A stretch of DNA of 42,338 nucleotides from a virus, in IMG/VR virus record IMGVR_UViG_3300045988_018117, positions 1 through 42,338 of that record. One strand, 5' to 3'. A program made the position numbers and the translations under genes. Shown here piece by piece: positions 17,468-26,157 of the stretch. Numbering within the stretch: position 1 is the stretch's first letter; each line of letters begins with the position of its first letter. The notes beneath the pieces were generated by a model. That model saw only the letters and a list, made by a program, of their open reading frames with translations. It searched no databases and was not told the origin of the DNA.

Positions 17468-18553
17468 TCAGCTCCCCTCCGGAAACACGCCGTACCAGCT
17501 GTCGGCATCTATCGTACCCGCCGCCACCGCCGCGTCGTAGGCCGCCTGCGTCATTTTTGTGATGCCCGGGTCGCCCTGCGGGCCTGCGGGGCCTTGGGTG
17601 CCCTGCTCTCCCCGCGGCCCCTGCGCGCCGGTGTCTCCTGTGTCGCCCTTGGGGCCGGCAGGCCCCGTCACCTTACCGATATCTACGCTAACACCGGAAT
17701 CTAACGTATAGATCAGGTGTCCATCTGTGCCGAGGGAGAAGCTGGGCGGCGTGTCGCCGGTGTAGAATAGACGCAGCTCGCCAGTGTCTGCATCTACGTC
17801 AAACCCGTACAACCCGTCCGCTACGATGGTGGAGCCGTCCTTGCCGTTCAGGCCGTCCGCCCCTACGGCGTAAACGCCCGTGTCGACATACTTGTTTTCC
17901 GTCGGGTTCCAGACATACCAATTTTTGTTGCTGCCGATATAAGGCGTCCTTACGATGCTGTTTGCCGCGTTTGCAGCGGATGTCGCCGCAGCGCTTGAAC
18001 TTTCGGCTGCCGCTGCAGCGCTGTTTTTTGCCTGACTTGCGCTACCAGCCGCGCTGCTGGCACTGGATGCGGCCTCTCCGGCAGCAGACCGTGCATCCTG
18101 TATGTCGTCCAAGATCGTATCAATCTGGCTTTGCAACTGCTCCGCCTGCGAAGCAGGAACGTCCTGATTTACTTCCTCAGTCTCATTCCAGTTGCTTTCC
18201 GCGACCTTAAATGTTCCATAGGCCGCCATCGTGGCGCGTGTTTCCTTTTTTGCGGACGTTGCGGCGCCCTTGATTGCAACCGCCATTCTGCCTGCGTACT
18301 TTTTGGCATCGACCGGCACCGTCACCAGATACACATTCGTCTTTCCGGTTTCCAGCAAATTGGCCGTCAAAAGCGTCTGCACGACGTTTTCACCCAAAGC
18401 ATCGCAGAACTGCACCGTTTTCGTCAGTCCTGTCCACATGGAAGAAAATTCCATGCGCAAAATCACATCGTTATGACTGCCAGCCGCGCCGATCAACACC
18501 TTGTCCCCGATAATATACTCGTTCTGTATTTTCAAAGGGATTGTTCGTGTCAT
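17468..18553 (-). CDS. Tail fibre protein with BppU-like N-terminus, Ala/Ser-rich linker and collagen-like GXY repeats
   Basis: Start at MTRTIPLKIQN (RBS GGAAAGGAG). Eleven consecutive G-X-Y triplets (GPAGPKGDTGDTGAQGPRGEQGTQGPAGPQGDPG) are encoded at about 17564-17665. Confidence 0.75.
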   Translation of the reverse strand: MTRTIPLKIQNEYIIGDKVLIGAAGSHNDVILRMEFSSMWTGLTKTVQFCDALGENVVQTLLTANLLETGKTNVYLVTVPVDAKKYAGRMAVAIKGAATSAKKETRATMAAYGTFKVAESNWNETEEVNQDVPASQAEQLQSQIDTILDDIQDARSAAGEAASSASSAAGSASQAKNSAAAAAESSSAAATSAANAANSIVRTPYIGSNKNWYVWNPTENKYVDTGVYAVGADGLNGKDGSTIVADGLYGFDVDADTGELRLFYTGDTPPSFSLGTDGHLIYTLDSGVSVDIGKVTGPAGPKGDTGDTGAQGPRGEQGTQGPAGPQGDPGITKMTQAAYDAAVAAGTIDADSWYGVFPEGS

Positions 18554-18571
18554 ACACATCTCCTTTCCGCT

Positions 18572-18624
18572 GAAAAACGGCACAGCAAGCCTGGAGAATT
18601 GCGTTCTCCTGCGCTTGCTGCGCC
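18572..18624 (-). terminator. Long imperfect hairpin plus U-tract (attenuator/terminator) between head and fibre genes
   Basis: On the - strand: GGCGCAGCAAGCGCAGGAGAA..TTCTCCAGGCTTGCTGTGCC followed by GTTTTTC. Confidence 0.5.
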
Positions 18625-18666
18625 GTGTCACAGCTGTTTTTTGTGTCTCGCGGTAGTATGCAGTTG

Positions 18667-19059
18667 TCAGTTCAGCTGCGCCTTGACCGCCTCATATTCC
18701 CGGCTTTTCTGCTCCAGCATCTCCGCCGTCGCCGCGTCCTGTGCCATCGAGCGGCGGATGATGTTGTACACCTCGCGGGGAATGCGGACGTGCTTGCCGC
18801 GCTGGATGCGGTATACCTTGCCGTTCCATCCCACCACGATGTCGTCCTTGTACCGGTCGTCATCCTTGAACGCCCAGAACGGCACCATGCCGTCGTCGGA
18901 GGCTTCACCTGCCGCCATGCCGCGCATAACGGCCTCTGCTGCTTTCGCGGCCTCCTTGGCATCCTCCGCCTCCTTCTTGGCCTGCGCCAGCGCCTCGTTT
19001 GCTGCTGCCAGCGCCTTTTCCATCTCCTCCGGAGTTCTCTGCTTCTTGTTGTCAGCCAT
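18667..19059 (-). CDS. Hypothetical head-module protein (130 aa) with Ala/Glu/Lys-rich N-terminus
   Basis: Start moved to MADNKKQ (RBS AAGGAGG, 7-nt spacer). Immediately downstream of the capsid gene. Confidence 0.7.
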   Translation of the reverse strand: MADNKKQRTPEEMEKALAAANEALAQAKKEAEDAKEAAKAAEAVMRGMAAGEASDDGMVPFWAFKDDDRYKDDIVVGWNGKVYRIQRGKHVRIPREVYNIIRRSMAQDAATAEMLEQKSREYEAVKAQLN

Positions 19060-19086
19060 GCTCATTCCTCCTTGCATTTTGGGTAT

Positions 19087-19111
19087 GCGGAGGGGGAATG
19101 ACCCCCTCCGC
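19087..19111 (-). other. GC-rich 10-bp stem-loop just after the capsid gene (mRNA stabiliser or weak terminator)
   Basis: GCGGAGGGGG aatga CCCCCTCCGC. No clear U-tract follows. Confidence 0.5.
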
Positions 19112-19118
19112 GTTACCG

Positions 19119-20399
19119 TCAGTTCATCGCGCCGCTCTCAAAGGTGGAGGCGGATTCGATGCGCACCATGTACTGCTCCACCAGACGCTCCGCCACCTTG
19201 GTCAGCTTCCAGCCTGCGGTGGCACGCTGATCCAGCGGGTCAGCCGTACCGGCAGAGCCGCGCTGCTTGACGATGTGCTGCAAGCCGCCGCCCTCCAGCT
19301 CCGTCACGCCGTAGGCGTCTGCGCCGAGGATCAGGGTAGAGTACACGTCGCGGCCATTTGCGCCGCCCTCGCCGGGATACACCACCGTGCCGTCGGTCAC
19401 AGCGGCAGGTGCCGTTTTCGTAGTGATGGTAGCGGCACCGGCAGCACCTGCGGCAGCAGATTCCACCTCCAGAAGATCCTTGCCGATCAGAATGTCTCTG
19501 CCAGTCAGCGCCTTGGCCTGCTTGTCGGTGAGCTTTTCCTTGATGGTAATGACCTTCCCGGTCGCGCTCTTGGCAGTCAGGTTGCGGGCGCTTTCCTCGG
19601 CGCCGTCCTCGATCTTCAGGGGAGTGGCATGAAAGATCTTTGCCTCTGTGGTCTCCACAAAGCGCACACCCTCGATCTTGCCGATCTCGCCCTCGTAGAT
19701 GCCGTCGGGGTCGGAGTAGGTCTTCACATCCACCCACTTCTTGTCGCTCATCAGGTCATAGGCGGTGTCGGGATGGATGATACCGGCAAAGTAGCCGTTG
19801 ATCTTCTGGGCGTTCATGACCTTCAGGGCGCGTACAGCCTTGCGGATGTCGTCCACCGTCAGGTACTTGTTGTTCTCGGCGGTGCTGTCGCCGCCCACCA
19901 GCTCAGAGCGATCCTTCGCACCACCGGCGTACACCACGTTGGTGCCGCCAGCCAGCACCTCGCGGGTGATGGTGTCGGCGGTACGGCCTGCCTGAGATGC
20001 CAGAAGGCGGGTGGCCTGCACCAGGTTGTTGTCGATGGCCGTCAGCTCCAGAATATCGGACAGCTCGACGAAGCCACCGTACTGCTTGATGGTGGCGCGG
20101 ATCACGCCCATGCTAAGTTTCTGACCGGCGGGGGTCACACCTTCGGTCAGAGGCACCAGCGCCTTGGGCAGGCTGTCGTACTTTCTGAACTCGATGGTTT
20201 TGCCGCTGTTCTTGGGGATGGGGTGCTTCTGGCCAAACTGGTCATGGATCAACTCCGGCTCGGCAAGGTTGATGAGGCGCATAGAGTAATACACCTTCAT
20301 CTCGTCGCTCAGACCGGGATCCAGCGTGGTATTGGTGTATGCGTCAAACAGGTTCAGCACCACCGGCATCAGGTACAGGTCGTTGTAAATTGCATTCAT
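19119..20399 (-). CDS. Major capsid protein (HK97 fold, N4-gp56-like family)
   Basis: 426 aa with RBS GGAAAGGAG. Follows the scaffold gene. The sequence pattern (KNSGKTIEFRKY..., GVTP...) matches what I remember of N4-type capsid proteins. Confidence 0.8.
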   Translation of the reverse strand: MNAIYNDLYLMPVVLNLFDAYTNTTLDPGLSDEMKVYYSMRLINLAEPELIHDQFGQKHPIPKNSGKTIEFRKYDSLPKALVPLTEGVTPAGQKLSMGVIRATIKQYGGFVELSDILELTAIDNNLVQATRLLASQAGRTADTITREVLAGGTNVVYAGGAKDRSELVGGDSTAENNKYLTVDDIRKAVRALKVMNAQKINGYFAGIIHPDTAYDLMSDKKWVDVKTYSDPDGIYEGEIGKIEGVRFVETTEAKIFHATPLKIEDGAEESARNLTAKSATGKVITIKEKLTDKQAKALTGRDILIGKDLLEVESAAAGAAGAATITTKTAPAAVTDGTVVYPGEGGANGRDVYSTLILGADAYGVTELEGGGLQHIVKQRGSAGTADPLDQRATAGWKLTKVAERLVEQYMVRIESASTFESGAMN

Positions 20400-20438
20400 G
20401 TAATAGCTCCTTTCCGCATATCGCAGCGGAGCCGTAGG

Positions 20439-21392
20439 TCAAAAGGAAATGCGTTCGCCTCTTGCTACTCTCCGCTCGATCTCCTCAAAGTCCGCTCTCG
20501 TCAACTTCGAGGGATCCGTCTTTGTAACAAACGCGCTGTTGGAGCTGGTACCGTTCTCACTGGGACGATTGCCCTTGGCCCGGACGTTATCGGCCACCTT
20601 CTTCTCCGTGCTGGCGGCAGCGGCCTGTACCGCATTGCCCATTAGCTCGTCAAAGTGCAGCACCTTGTATGCGTGCTCCATCGGTGTTCCGGCTTTCAGC
20701 AGGTTCACAAATTCGTCGTTTTGCAGCTCCTGCACAAGGTCAAAGTTCTGGTACATGGGATTGCTCCTCATGGCCTCCGCCTCCATGTACCACTTCTCGC
20801 TCTGCGCCCGGATCTGCGCCTCCTGCTGCTGCATCTGCTGGCCGCGAAGCAGCTCGGCGTTTTCCCGCCGCAGACGGCGAAACTCCTTGTACTGCTCCTC
20901 GCTCATGCCCGCCTCCTCGGCGGCTTCGCTCCAGTAGGCGTGGTCGTTGTCCACGGCCTCCAGCAGACGCTTTGCGTCCCCGTCCGCGATGCCGTAACGC
21001 TCCATCAGCGTATCCAGCACCGGCTGGTAGGACTGCATCCGCTTCTCCGCCTCCCGCGCCTCCTTGAAACGCCGGTCGATCATCCGCTGTGTCTCCTGGG
21101 TGTACAGATCCTTGTACTCCCCATTGATCAGCTCCCGGAAAGCCTTTTTCTTGGCCTCCAGCGCGTCGGACGTGGTCTCCACATCCTTCACCTTATCCTC
21201 AGTCCCGGCGTCGGACTGTACTTCCGTCTGGCTCTCCGCCTGTTTGCCGTACTTGACGTTGGCCAGTGCGCCCGATTTGCTCTGGCGGGTGGTACCGGAG
21301 CTTGCCTGTGTCTCGCCCTGTGCGGTGGCAGCTGTCGCCCCATCGCCGCCCTCGCCGTCAAAGAGGCCGAGGGAGATTTTGTAAAGGTACAT
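20439..21392 (-). CDS. Scaffolding protein with a short Prp-type N-terminal leader
   Basis: Start moved to MYLYKISLGLFDGEGG (RBS AAAGGAGGA, 5-nt spacer). Highly charged, helical, E/K/Q-rich. Lies between the Prp and capsid genes. Confidence 0.75.
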   Translation of the reverse strand: MYLYKISLGLFDGEGGDGATAATAQGETQASSGTTRQSKSGALANVKYGKQAESQTEVQSDAGTEDKVKDVETTSDALEAKKKAFRELINGEYKDLYTQETQRMIDRRFKEAREAEKRMQSYQPVLDTLMERYGIADGDAKRLLEAVDNDHAYWSEAAEEAGMSEEQYKEFRRLRRENAELLRGQQMQQQEAQIRAQSEKWYMEAEAMRSNPMYQNFDLVQELQNDEFVNLLKAGTPMEHAYKVLHFDELMGNAVQAAAASTEKKVADNVRAKGNRPSENGTSSNSAFVTKTDPSKLTRADFEEIERRVARGERISF

Positions 21393-21562
21393 ATCTGTTC
21401 CTCCTTTGATTCGCGGGCATATCGCTCCCGTGCAGCGCCCCCTATCCACCATTGCGGCGGGCGGCGGATCTTCACCGCCGTAACACCGCGCAGGCAGGGA
21501 GGAAGTATCTATATCATAGAAAGGGGGCGCGGTCTCCCGCACCCCTAAAACGAAAAATATTT

Positions 21563-21850
21563 TTATTTTTTTTCGATTTTTACGGAGATCGCCTCCGGCT
21601 TGGCTTTTTCCAGCTGCAAAAAGCCAATTTTAAGCAGGTCATACAGCCACCTCCCGCCGTGCCAGCGCAGGTACGCATCCCCACTGTCCAGCCGTTCCAG
21701 CACCAGCTCCGCCTCCTGCGTGTTGTGCAGCCAGCCCGCCGCTGTGTACAAGAGACAGCTTACCGCCGCACACACGTCAGGGTATCCTGTGGCGTGTCCC
21801 TTGCACATCACGGAGCAGTTATCCCCGTGATGCAGTGTTACCTCCGTCAT
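21563..21850 (-). CDS. prp: Prp-family cysteine protease (ribosomal-processing protease homologue; head maturation)
   Basis: 95 aa. KGHATGYPDVCAAVSCLL matches the conserved His...Cys core (GHA...D.VCAAVS) of YsxB/Prp. ATGA overlap with the portal stop. Confidence 0.75.
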   Translation of the reverse strand: MTEVTLHHGDNCSVMCKGHATGYPDVCAAVSCLLYTAAGWLHNTQEAELVLERLDSGDAYLRWHGGRWLYDLLKIGFLQLEKAKPEAISVKIEKK

Positions 21851-23778
21851 AGGCTGGGCGTACTACGCTTTGCCAATGCCTGCCCGTAGCCGGTCATAGG
21901 CACCTGCGCCGCCATGATGCCGCTTGCAAGCTGGCTGGTGGCCTCCGCAGGTGCGCCGCCGCCAGTCTGCGCCGGTGCAGCGCCCGCGCTTTCCTGCGGC
22001 ATAATAGCGCCCGTCAGCATGGCAATCTGCGACTGCATCTGCATCAGCATATTCAATAGGGTCTGCCCCTGCATCACCTTTTCCCGCACGGTCTGGATGC
22101 CCTCGAAGTCCATCATCTCCAGCGCCGTCAGACTGGCCTGCGCGTTGTCAGGATTGAAAAAGCCCAGGGAGTACAGTTCCTTGGCCCGCTCGTTCTGCTC
22201 CATGCGGGAGAAAGGATTCTTTTTCTGCGCCTTGATTTTCAAGTCAAACACAGGCTTTCGGAACATCTCGTTGCCCATCGTGTCCAGCCCCGTCATCTGA
22301 TCCTGCAAACCAGTGTTGTCGAAGTCTACGAACTGATACTCGTTGCCCTCGCCGGTAATGCGAAAGCTGCGGCTCACATCGTAAAATTGCCGCATCAGCT
22401 CCACACACAGCAAGTTAATTTGTGTGTAGGCTCGATAGCTGGCGGCGATCATATCCCGGCTTGCCTTGTTTCCGGCCTCCTGCAAGGCGGCAATAGCCGC
22501 TGCCGCCGTCACGTTGGTGGTGCCGCCGGAGTTTACGTCCCGGTTTGCCGCCGTGTCCTTCATTTCCTCGATCTTCATCTGCGCCACCGTGACGTAGATA
22601 TCAGAAAGCGGCTGGGTGACAATCTCCTTGATCCGCTGGTCGCCGATCTCACCGTTGACGTGTACCAGCGGGCGATTCCAGTCAATAAACTCCTGTTCGT
22701 TGATGGCCGTACTTTCCGAAACAAAAAAACGCTTTTTGGTCGCCATCATCGCGTTTTCCAGAATGTTGGCGCTGAGCTTATCAATATAAAGCTGGGGGTC
22801 TTTGCAGATCGCCACATAGCCAAAGCCGATAGGCGTACCCTTCTCCGGGTACATGACGTCCAGCACCACCGGATACATCCCGTGGTCGTAAAAGCCACGC
22901 TCCCGATACTCCGGATCGTTTTCGCTGGCGTACAGCAGGGTGGAGCCAACAAACTTGACGTAGTGCAGCGCCGTCCTGCCGCTGGGTGTCTTGACCTTGT
23001 AATACCAGTCCACTACCACGCTCTTCTCGCTGGTGTCCACGGTGTCGTCATAGATGTACTCCTTCACGTCCACGACCTTGCCCTTCTGCTTGCCCTTGAG
23101 CTGAGGGTACTCGCTGTCCAGCAGGTCGTTGTCCACCAGATCCACGATAAACAGATTCCGGCTCTTCTGGATGTCCGTGATCCCCGGCTCCCAGAACAGG
23201 TTCAAAAGGTCGATGTCCCGAATCTCGATGTCGCCCAGCCCGTTGTCCTTCTTGCTGTCCCAGAACACGCCGTACACCGCCGTGCCGTGCTTCAGCTTTT
23301 CCCACCAGTTGTCGGAGTACACCTGCTCAAAATGGTTATACTCCTGCACCACCGGCAAAATCTGGCTCAGCGTCTTTGCGCTCTGCTCGTCGCTCTTTTC
23401 ACGGGGCAGCACCACCGGCTCCGGATAGTTGTCCATCGCGTCCGCGTGCTTATTCTGGATGGTGTTAAACAGCCACGCCGACGTAGGCTTGGGCTGGGGA
23501 GGGGAGGAGAGGACTTCCTTGCCGCTCTTGTCCACCAGCTTGGCCTTGCTCTGCCCGATGCCCTCCCAGTGCCGCAGCTCCCACCACAGCTCGTCGTTGA
23601 CCACCCGGCTCTCCAGATTGCCCTTGCCGTTTTTGTACCGCGTCAGCAGGTCGATCCCGCGCTCCACGTCCTTTTCTGTGATGGTGGGCGTGTCGTCCGT
23701 CCGCTCCAGCAGCATCGCCGCCATCTCCGGCGGCATACCGTCTTCCGGCACAATGCCGGGGATGCCGTATCTCTCCAT
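21847..23778 (-). CDS. Portal protein
   Basis: 643 aa, immediately downstream of TerL. RBS AAGGGGGAAAAGGA. Size and position are typical for a portal. Confidence 0.75.
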   Translation of the reverse strand: MERYGIPGIVPEDGMPPEMAAMLLERTDDTPTITEKDVERGIDLLTRYKNGKGNLESRVVNDELWWELRHWEGIGQSKAKLVDKSGKEVLSSPPQPKPTSAWLFNTIQNKHADAMDNYPEPVVLPREKSDEQSAKTLSQILPVVQEYNHFEQVYSDNWWEKLKHGTAVYGVFWDSKKDNGLGDIEIRDIDLLNLFWEPGITDIQKSRNLFIVDLVDNDLLDSEYPQLKGKQKGKVVDVKEYIYDDTVDTSEKSVVVDWYYKVKTPSGRTALHYVKFVGSTLLYASENDPEYRERGFYDHGMYPVVLDVMYPEKGTPIGFGYVAICKDPQLYIDKLSANILENAMMATKKRFFVSESTAINEQEFIDWNRPLVHVNGEIGDQRIKEIVTQPLSDIYVTVAQMKIEEMKDTAANRDVNSGGTTNVTAAAAIAALQEAGNKASRDMIAASYRAYTQINLLCVELMRQFYDVSRSFRITGEGNEYQFVDFDNTGLQDQMTGLDTMGNEMFRKPVFDLKIKAQKKNPFSRMEQNERAKELYSLGFFNPDNAQASLTALEMMDFEGIQTVREKVMQGQTLLNMLMQMQSQIAMLTGAIMPQESAGAAPAQTGGGAPAEATSQLASGIMAAQVPMTGYGQALAKRSTPSL

Positions 23779-23791
23779 ATCCTTTTCCCCC

Positions 23792-25234
23792 TTAATAGGT
23801 CTGATAAAATGCGTACCGGCTGGGCCTGTACTCGTCCTCTGTGTCCAGCGGCGAATAGGGACGCTCCACGATGTGTCCCATGTCCCTTGGCCCGATAGGG
23901 TTTTTCATACAGACGTACCGCAGCTGGTCGTAGATGTGATCCTCGCCGTCCGTGTCGATGTCCTCCACGTCTGTCTGGTCATAGACCAGGTTCGGAACCG
24001 TCCGTATGAAGTTCTTGCAGGTGTTGAACACATACAGCATCGGCACGCCGTCTGCGTCGAACGCCAGCCGGTGGTGAATCTGCATCTTGCCGTTGATCCG
24101 TGCGTGGTCGCCTTTTTCAAAGTAGACACGCTCACGCTCCATCAGAGCACCCACGCTCTCCGTGCCGTCGCTCTGCCAGATCGCCGGGTCGCCCACGCGG
24201 TGTATGTCCCGCCCCCGCAGGTTTGGGTCGTCCGCCTCGATGCGCCGTATCTCCTGCGCTACCTTGGTCGGCTCCCACATCACGCCACGGTTGGGCGTCC
24301 CGTTGCAGCCGTAAAACTCCCGGATATGGTACATCCGCCTGTTTCTGTCTACCGCGTACCACCCCACGGAAAAGGGACGGGAGTAGCCCCAGTCCAGCCC
24401 GCACCAGATCACCCAGTCCTCCGGTATCCGAAACGGCTCGATGACGTGGGTCTGCTTCCTGTCCAGATAGTGCTCCCGGTCGTTTTTCCACTCCGTGAAC
24501 ACCTGCCCCTCGAAGCTGTCCCAGTTGCCGTACAGCAGGGCGTTACGCTCCGCCTCCGGCATACTGGCCAGCCGCTGCACATATAACGGATCATTCTCCA
24601 TCAGGATCTTGTTGTCAAACACCGAGGACGGCACGAATATCCGCTGCTGCTGCCCCGTGTGCTTTTTCCCGTCCGGCGTATACCACACCGCCTCCTCTGT
24701 GATGGGCTGCATCGGCGGTGCCGCCGTGATAAACCGCTCCTTGACCCATCCATGCCCGATGTTGCCGGGGTTGGCGGTGGAGCGCATATAGACCCGTGTC
24801 CCCGCCCCGTTGGGACGATTACGGGATTTCAGGTAGTCGTACTCCTCCTGAGTAAAATGCGTCAGCTCATCAAAAGCGATAAAGTCATACGCCTGCCCCT
24901 GATACTGTATCTTGTCCTGCGGCCTGTTCATACTCCCGAACACGATTTGCGCACCGGAGGGAAACCGCCATGTGTGGTTGCTGCCGTTGTACCGCGCCTT
25001 TGGATACGCACGGGGGTAGTAGTTCAGCGTCTTGTCGATCAGCTCCCGCAGCTGAGGGAATGTCTTGCGCAGGATCAGCGCCTTGTACCACGGTATATGC
25101 ACCTGCCGCAGCGCTTCGATGACCAGCGCGTCGCTCTTGCCGCCGCCCGCCGCCCCACCATACAGGGCTTCATATTCCGGCCTTGCCATAAATACGGCCT
25201 GCCGCTCCTGCGGTTTCCACACGATCTCAGGCAT
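23792..25234 (-). CDS. terL: Terminase large subunit
   Basis: Walker A GGAAGGGKS and Walker B YDFIAFDELTHF, plus a C-terminal nuclease-like half. Overlaps the TerS end. Confidence 0.9.
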   Translation of the reverse strand: MPEIVWKPQERQAVFMARPEYEALYGGAAGGGKSDALVIEALRQVHIPWYKALILRKTFPQLRELIDKTLNYYPRAYPKARYNGSNHTWRFPSGAQIVFGSMNRPQDKIQYQGQAYDFIAFDELTHFTQEEYDYLKSRNRPNGAGTRVYMRSTANPGNIGHGWVKERFITAAPPMQPITEEAVWYTPDGKKHTGQQQRIFVPSSVFDNKILMENDPLYVQRLASMPEAERNALLYGNWDSFEGQVFTEWKNDREHYLDRKQTHVIEPFRIPEDWVIWCGLDWGYSRPFSVGWYAVDRNRRMYHIREFYGCNGTPNRGVMWEPTKVAQEIRRIEADDPNLRGRDIHRVGDPAIWQSDGTESVGALMERERVYFEKGDHARINGKMQIHHRLAFDADGVPMLYVFNTCKNFIRTVPNLVYDQTDVEDIDTDGEDHIYDQLRYVCMKNPIGPRDMGHIVERPYSPLDTEDEYRPSRYAFYQTY

Positions 25235-25655
25235 CCGTCTTTACCTCCGGCATCAGCACCACGCCGATCTCCTGCCGGTCTGCCTCCGGCGCTTTCTCGC
25301 GCCACCCGAAATTACAGCTCAGACTAAACTTTGCGCCGTTCGCGCCGTCCCGGTCATATAACCGCGCCTCTGCGTATTCTTCGCACCGCGCCTTTGCTCG
25401 CGTGACCGTGTCCGCGAATTCCGGCCTTGCCTGATAATCAATCAACGCCTGCCGCCCGGTAAAGCCTAATGCCAGAGCCAGCCCCGTGATCGTCGGAGGC
25501 TTTGCGTTTATGATGATAGGTATCCCATACTTATCCCGCACCGTGCATCCGTCGTCCCCGATAAACGGCTCTCCCTCGCACGCCTTAAAGTAAGCATCAA
25601 TCGCCGCCTGCATCGCCTTTACGCTTTTCCATTTTCTCGGCGCTCCTGCCGGCAT
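25227..25655 (-). CDS. terS: Terminase small subunit
   Basis: 142 aa. The N-terminus PRKWKSVKAMQAAIDAYF...PPTITGLALALGF is an HTH typical of Firmicutes phage TerS. Confidence 0.75.
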   Translation of the reverse strand: MPAGAPRKWKSVKAMQAAIDAYFKACEGEPFIGDDGCTVRDKYGIPIIINAKPPTITGLALALGFTGRQALIDYQARPEFADTVTRAKARCEEYAEARLYDRDGANGAKFSLSCNFGWREKAPEADRQEIGVVLMPEVKTDA

Positions 25656-26157
25656 ACGCTCACACCCTTTCTTTCCTGACGCAGCGGCCTCCCACCACTG
25701 GCCCTTGTCATTGCCGCGTCCTTCCCCGGCTTTCGCCTCGCCTGTATTCCATGTCTCCCCTGGGTCACATTTTTAAGAGGTGCGGGAAGTCCTGTTTTAT
25801 GTAAGCAGACTATTTGGGCCGCATCCCTTACAGCGGTCTGCCAGCGCATCGCCTGTTGTTTTACACAATCGGTCGGGTGCCACCACGCATCCATACTGTC
25901 CTACACAGCGGCTTTGTCCTAAGACAACCGCCACCACACCGCATCCACGCCTCGGATTTCTTTCGGCACGCCGGCACCCGAACCAACCACGGACTTTTCA
26001 GCCCTGCGCCGGTACGTCGGTCGCATCCGTTTCTTCATTCACAGCCGGAGCCAGCCAAATAATTATTATTCGTCCTGCCGCTTTCGTACAGCGCACAGGA
26101 AAGACCACTTCCGCAGGCTTACGCTCCGTGCGGCTGCGAGGCAAGGGGCCACGCCTA
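25656..26157 (-). ncRNA. Candidate large structured non-coding RNA (possibly ROOL/GOLLD-class), immediately 3' of the tRNA-like gene
   Basis: About 500 nt with no credible ORF, lying between two - strand operons. It has many helices readable on the - strand, including GAAA-capped hairpins (e.g. GGGCU-GAAA-AGUCC at 25991-26004). There is a long-range 11-bp pairing of 25871-25881 with 25973-25984, and hairpins at 25805-25841, 25908-25931 and 26074-26099. Confidence 0.45.

Noticed and set aside
17468-18553. Diversity-generating retroelement targeting the fibre gene
   Set aside because: There is no reverse transcriptase ORF and no template/variable repeat pair anywhere in the window.
25619-25894. 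91-aa - strand ORF overlapping the terS start
   Set aside because: It overlaps the well-supported terS start, has no RBS, and is Arg/Gly/Ala-biased. The region is better explained as structured RNA or a pac region.
26040-26100. Possible tmRNA-like tag reading frame, because the - strand RNA contains UAAUAA after a GAAA hairpin
   Set aside because: The in-frame codons before UAA UAA give …RQDE, not a hydrophobic …(L/A)AA degradation tag. The adjacent tRNA-like acceptor also has A3-U rather than G3:U. This is not a phage tmRNA.
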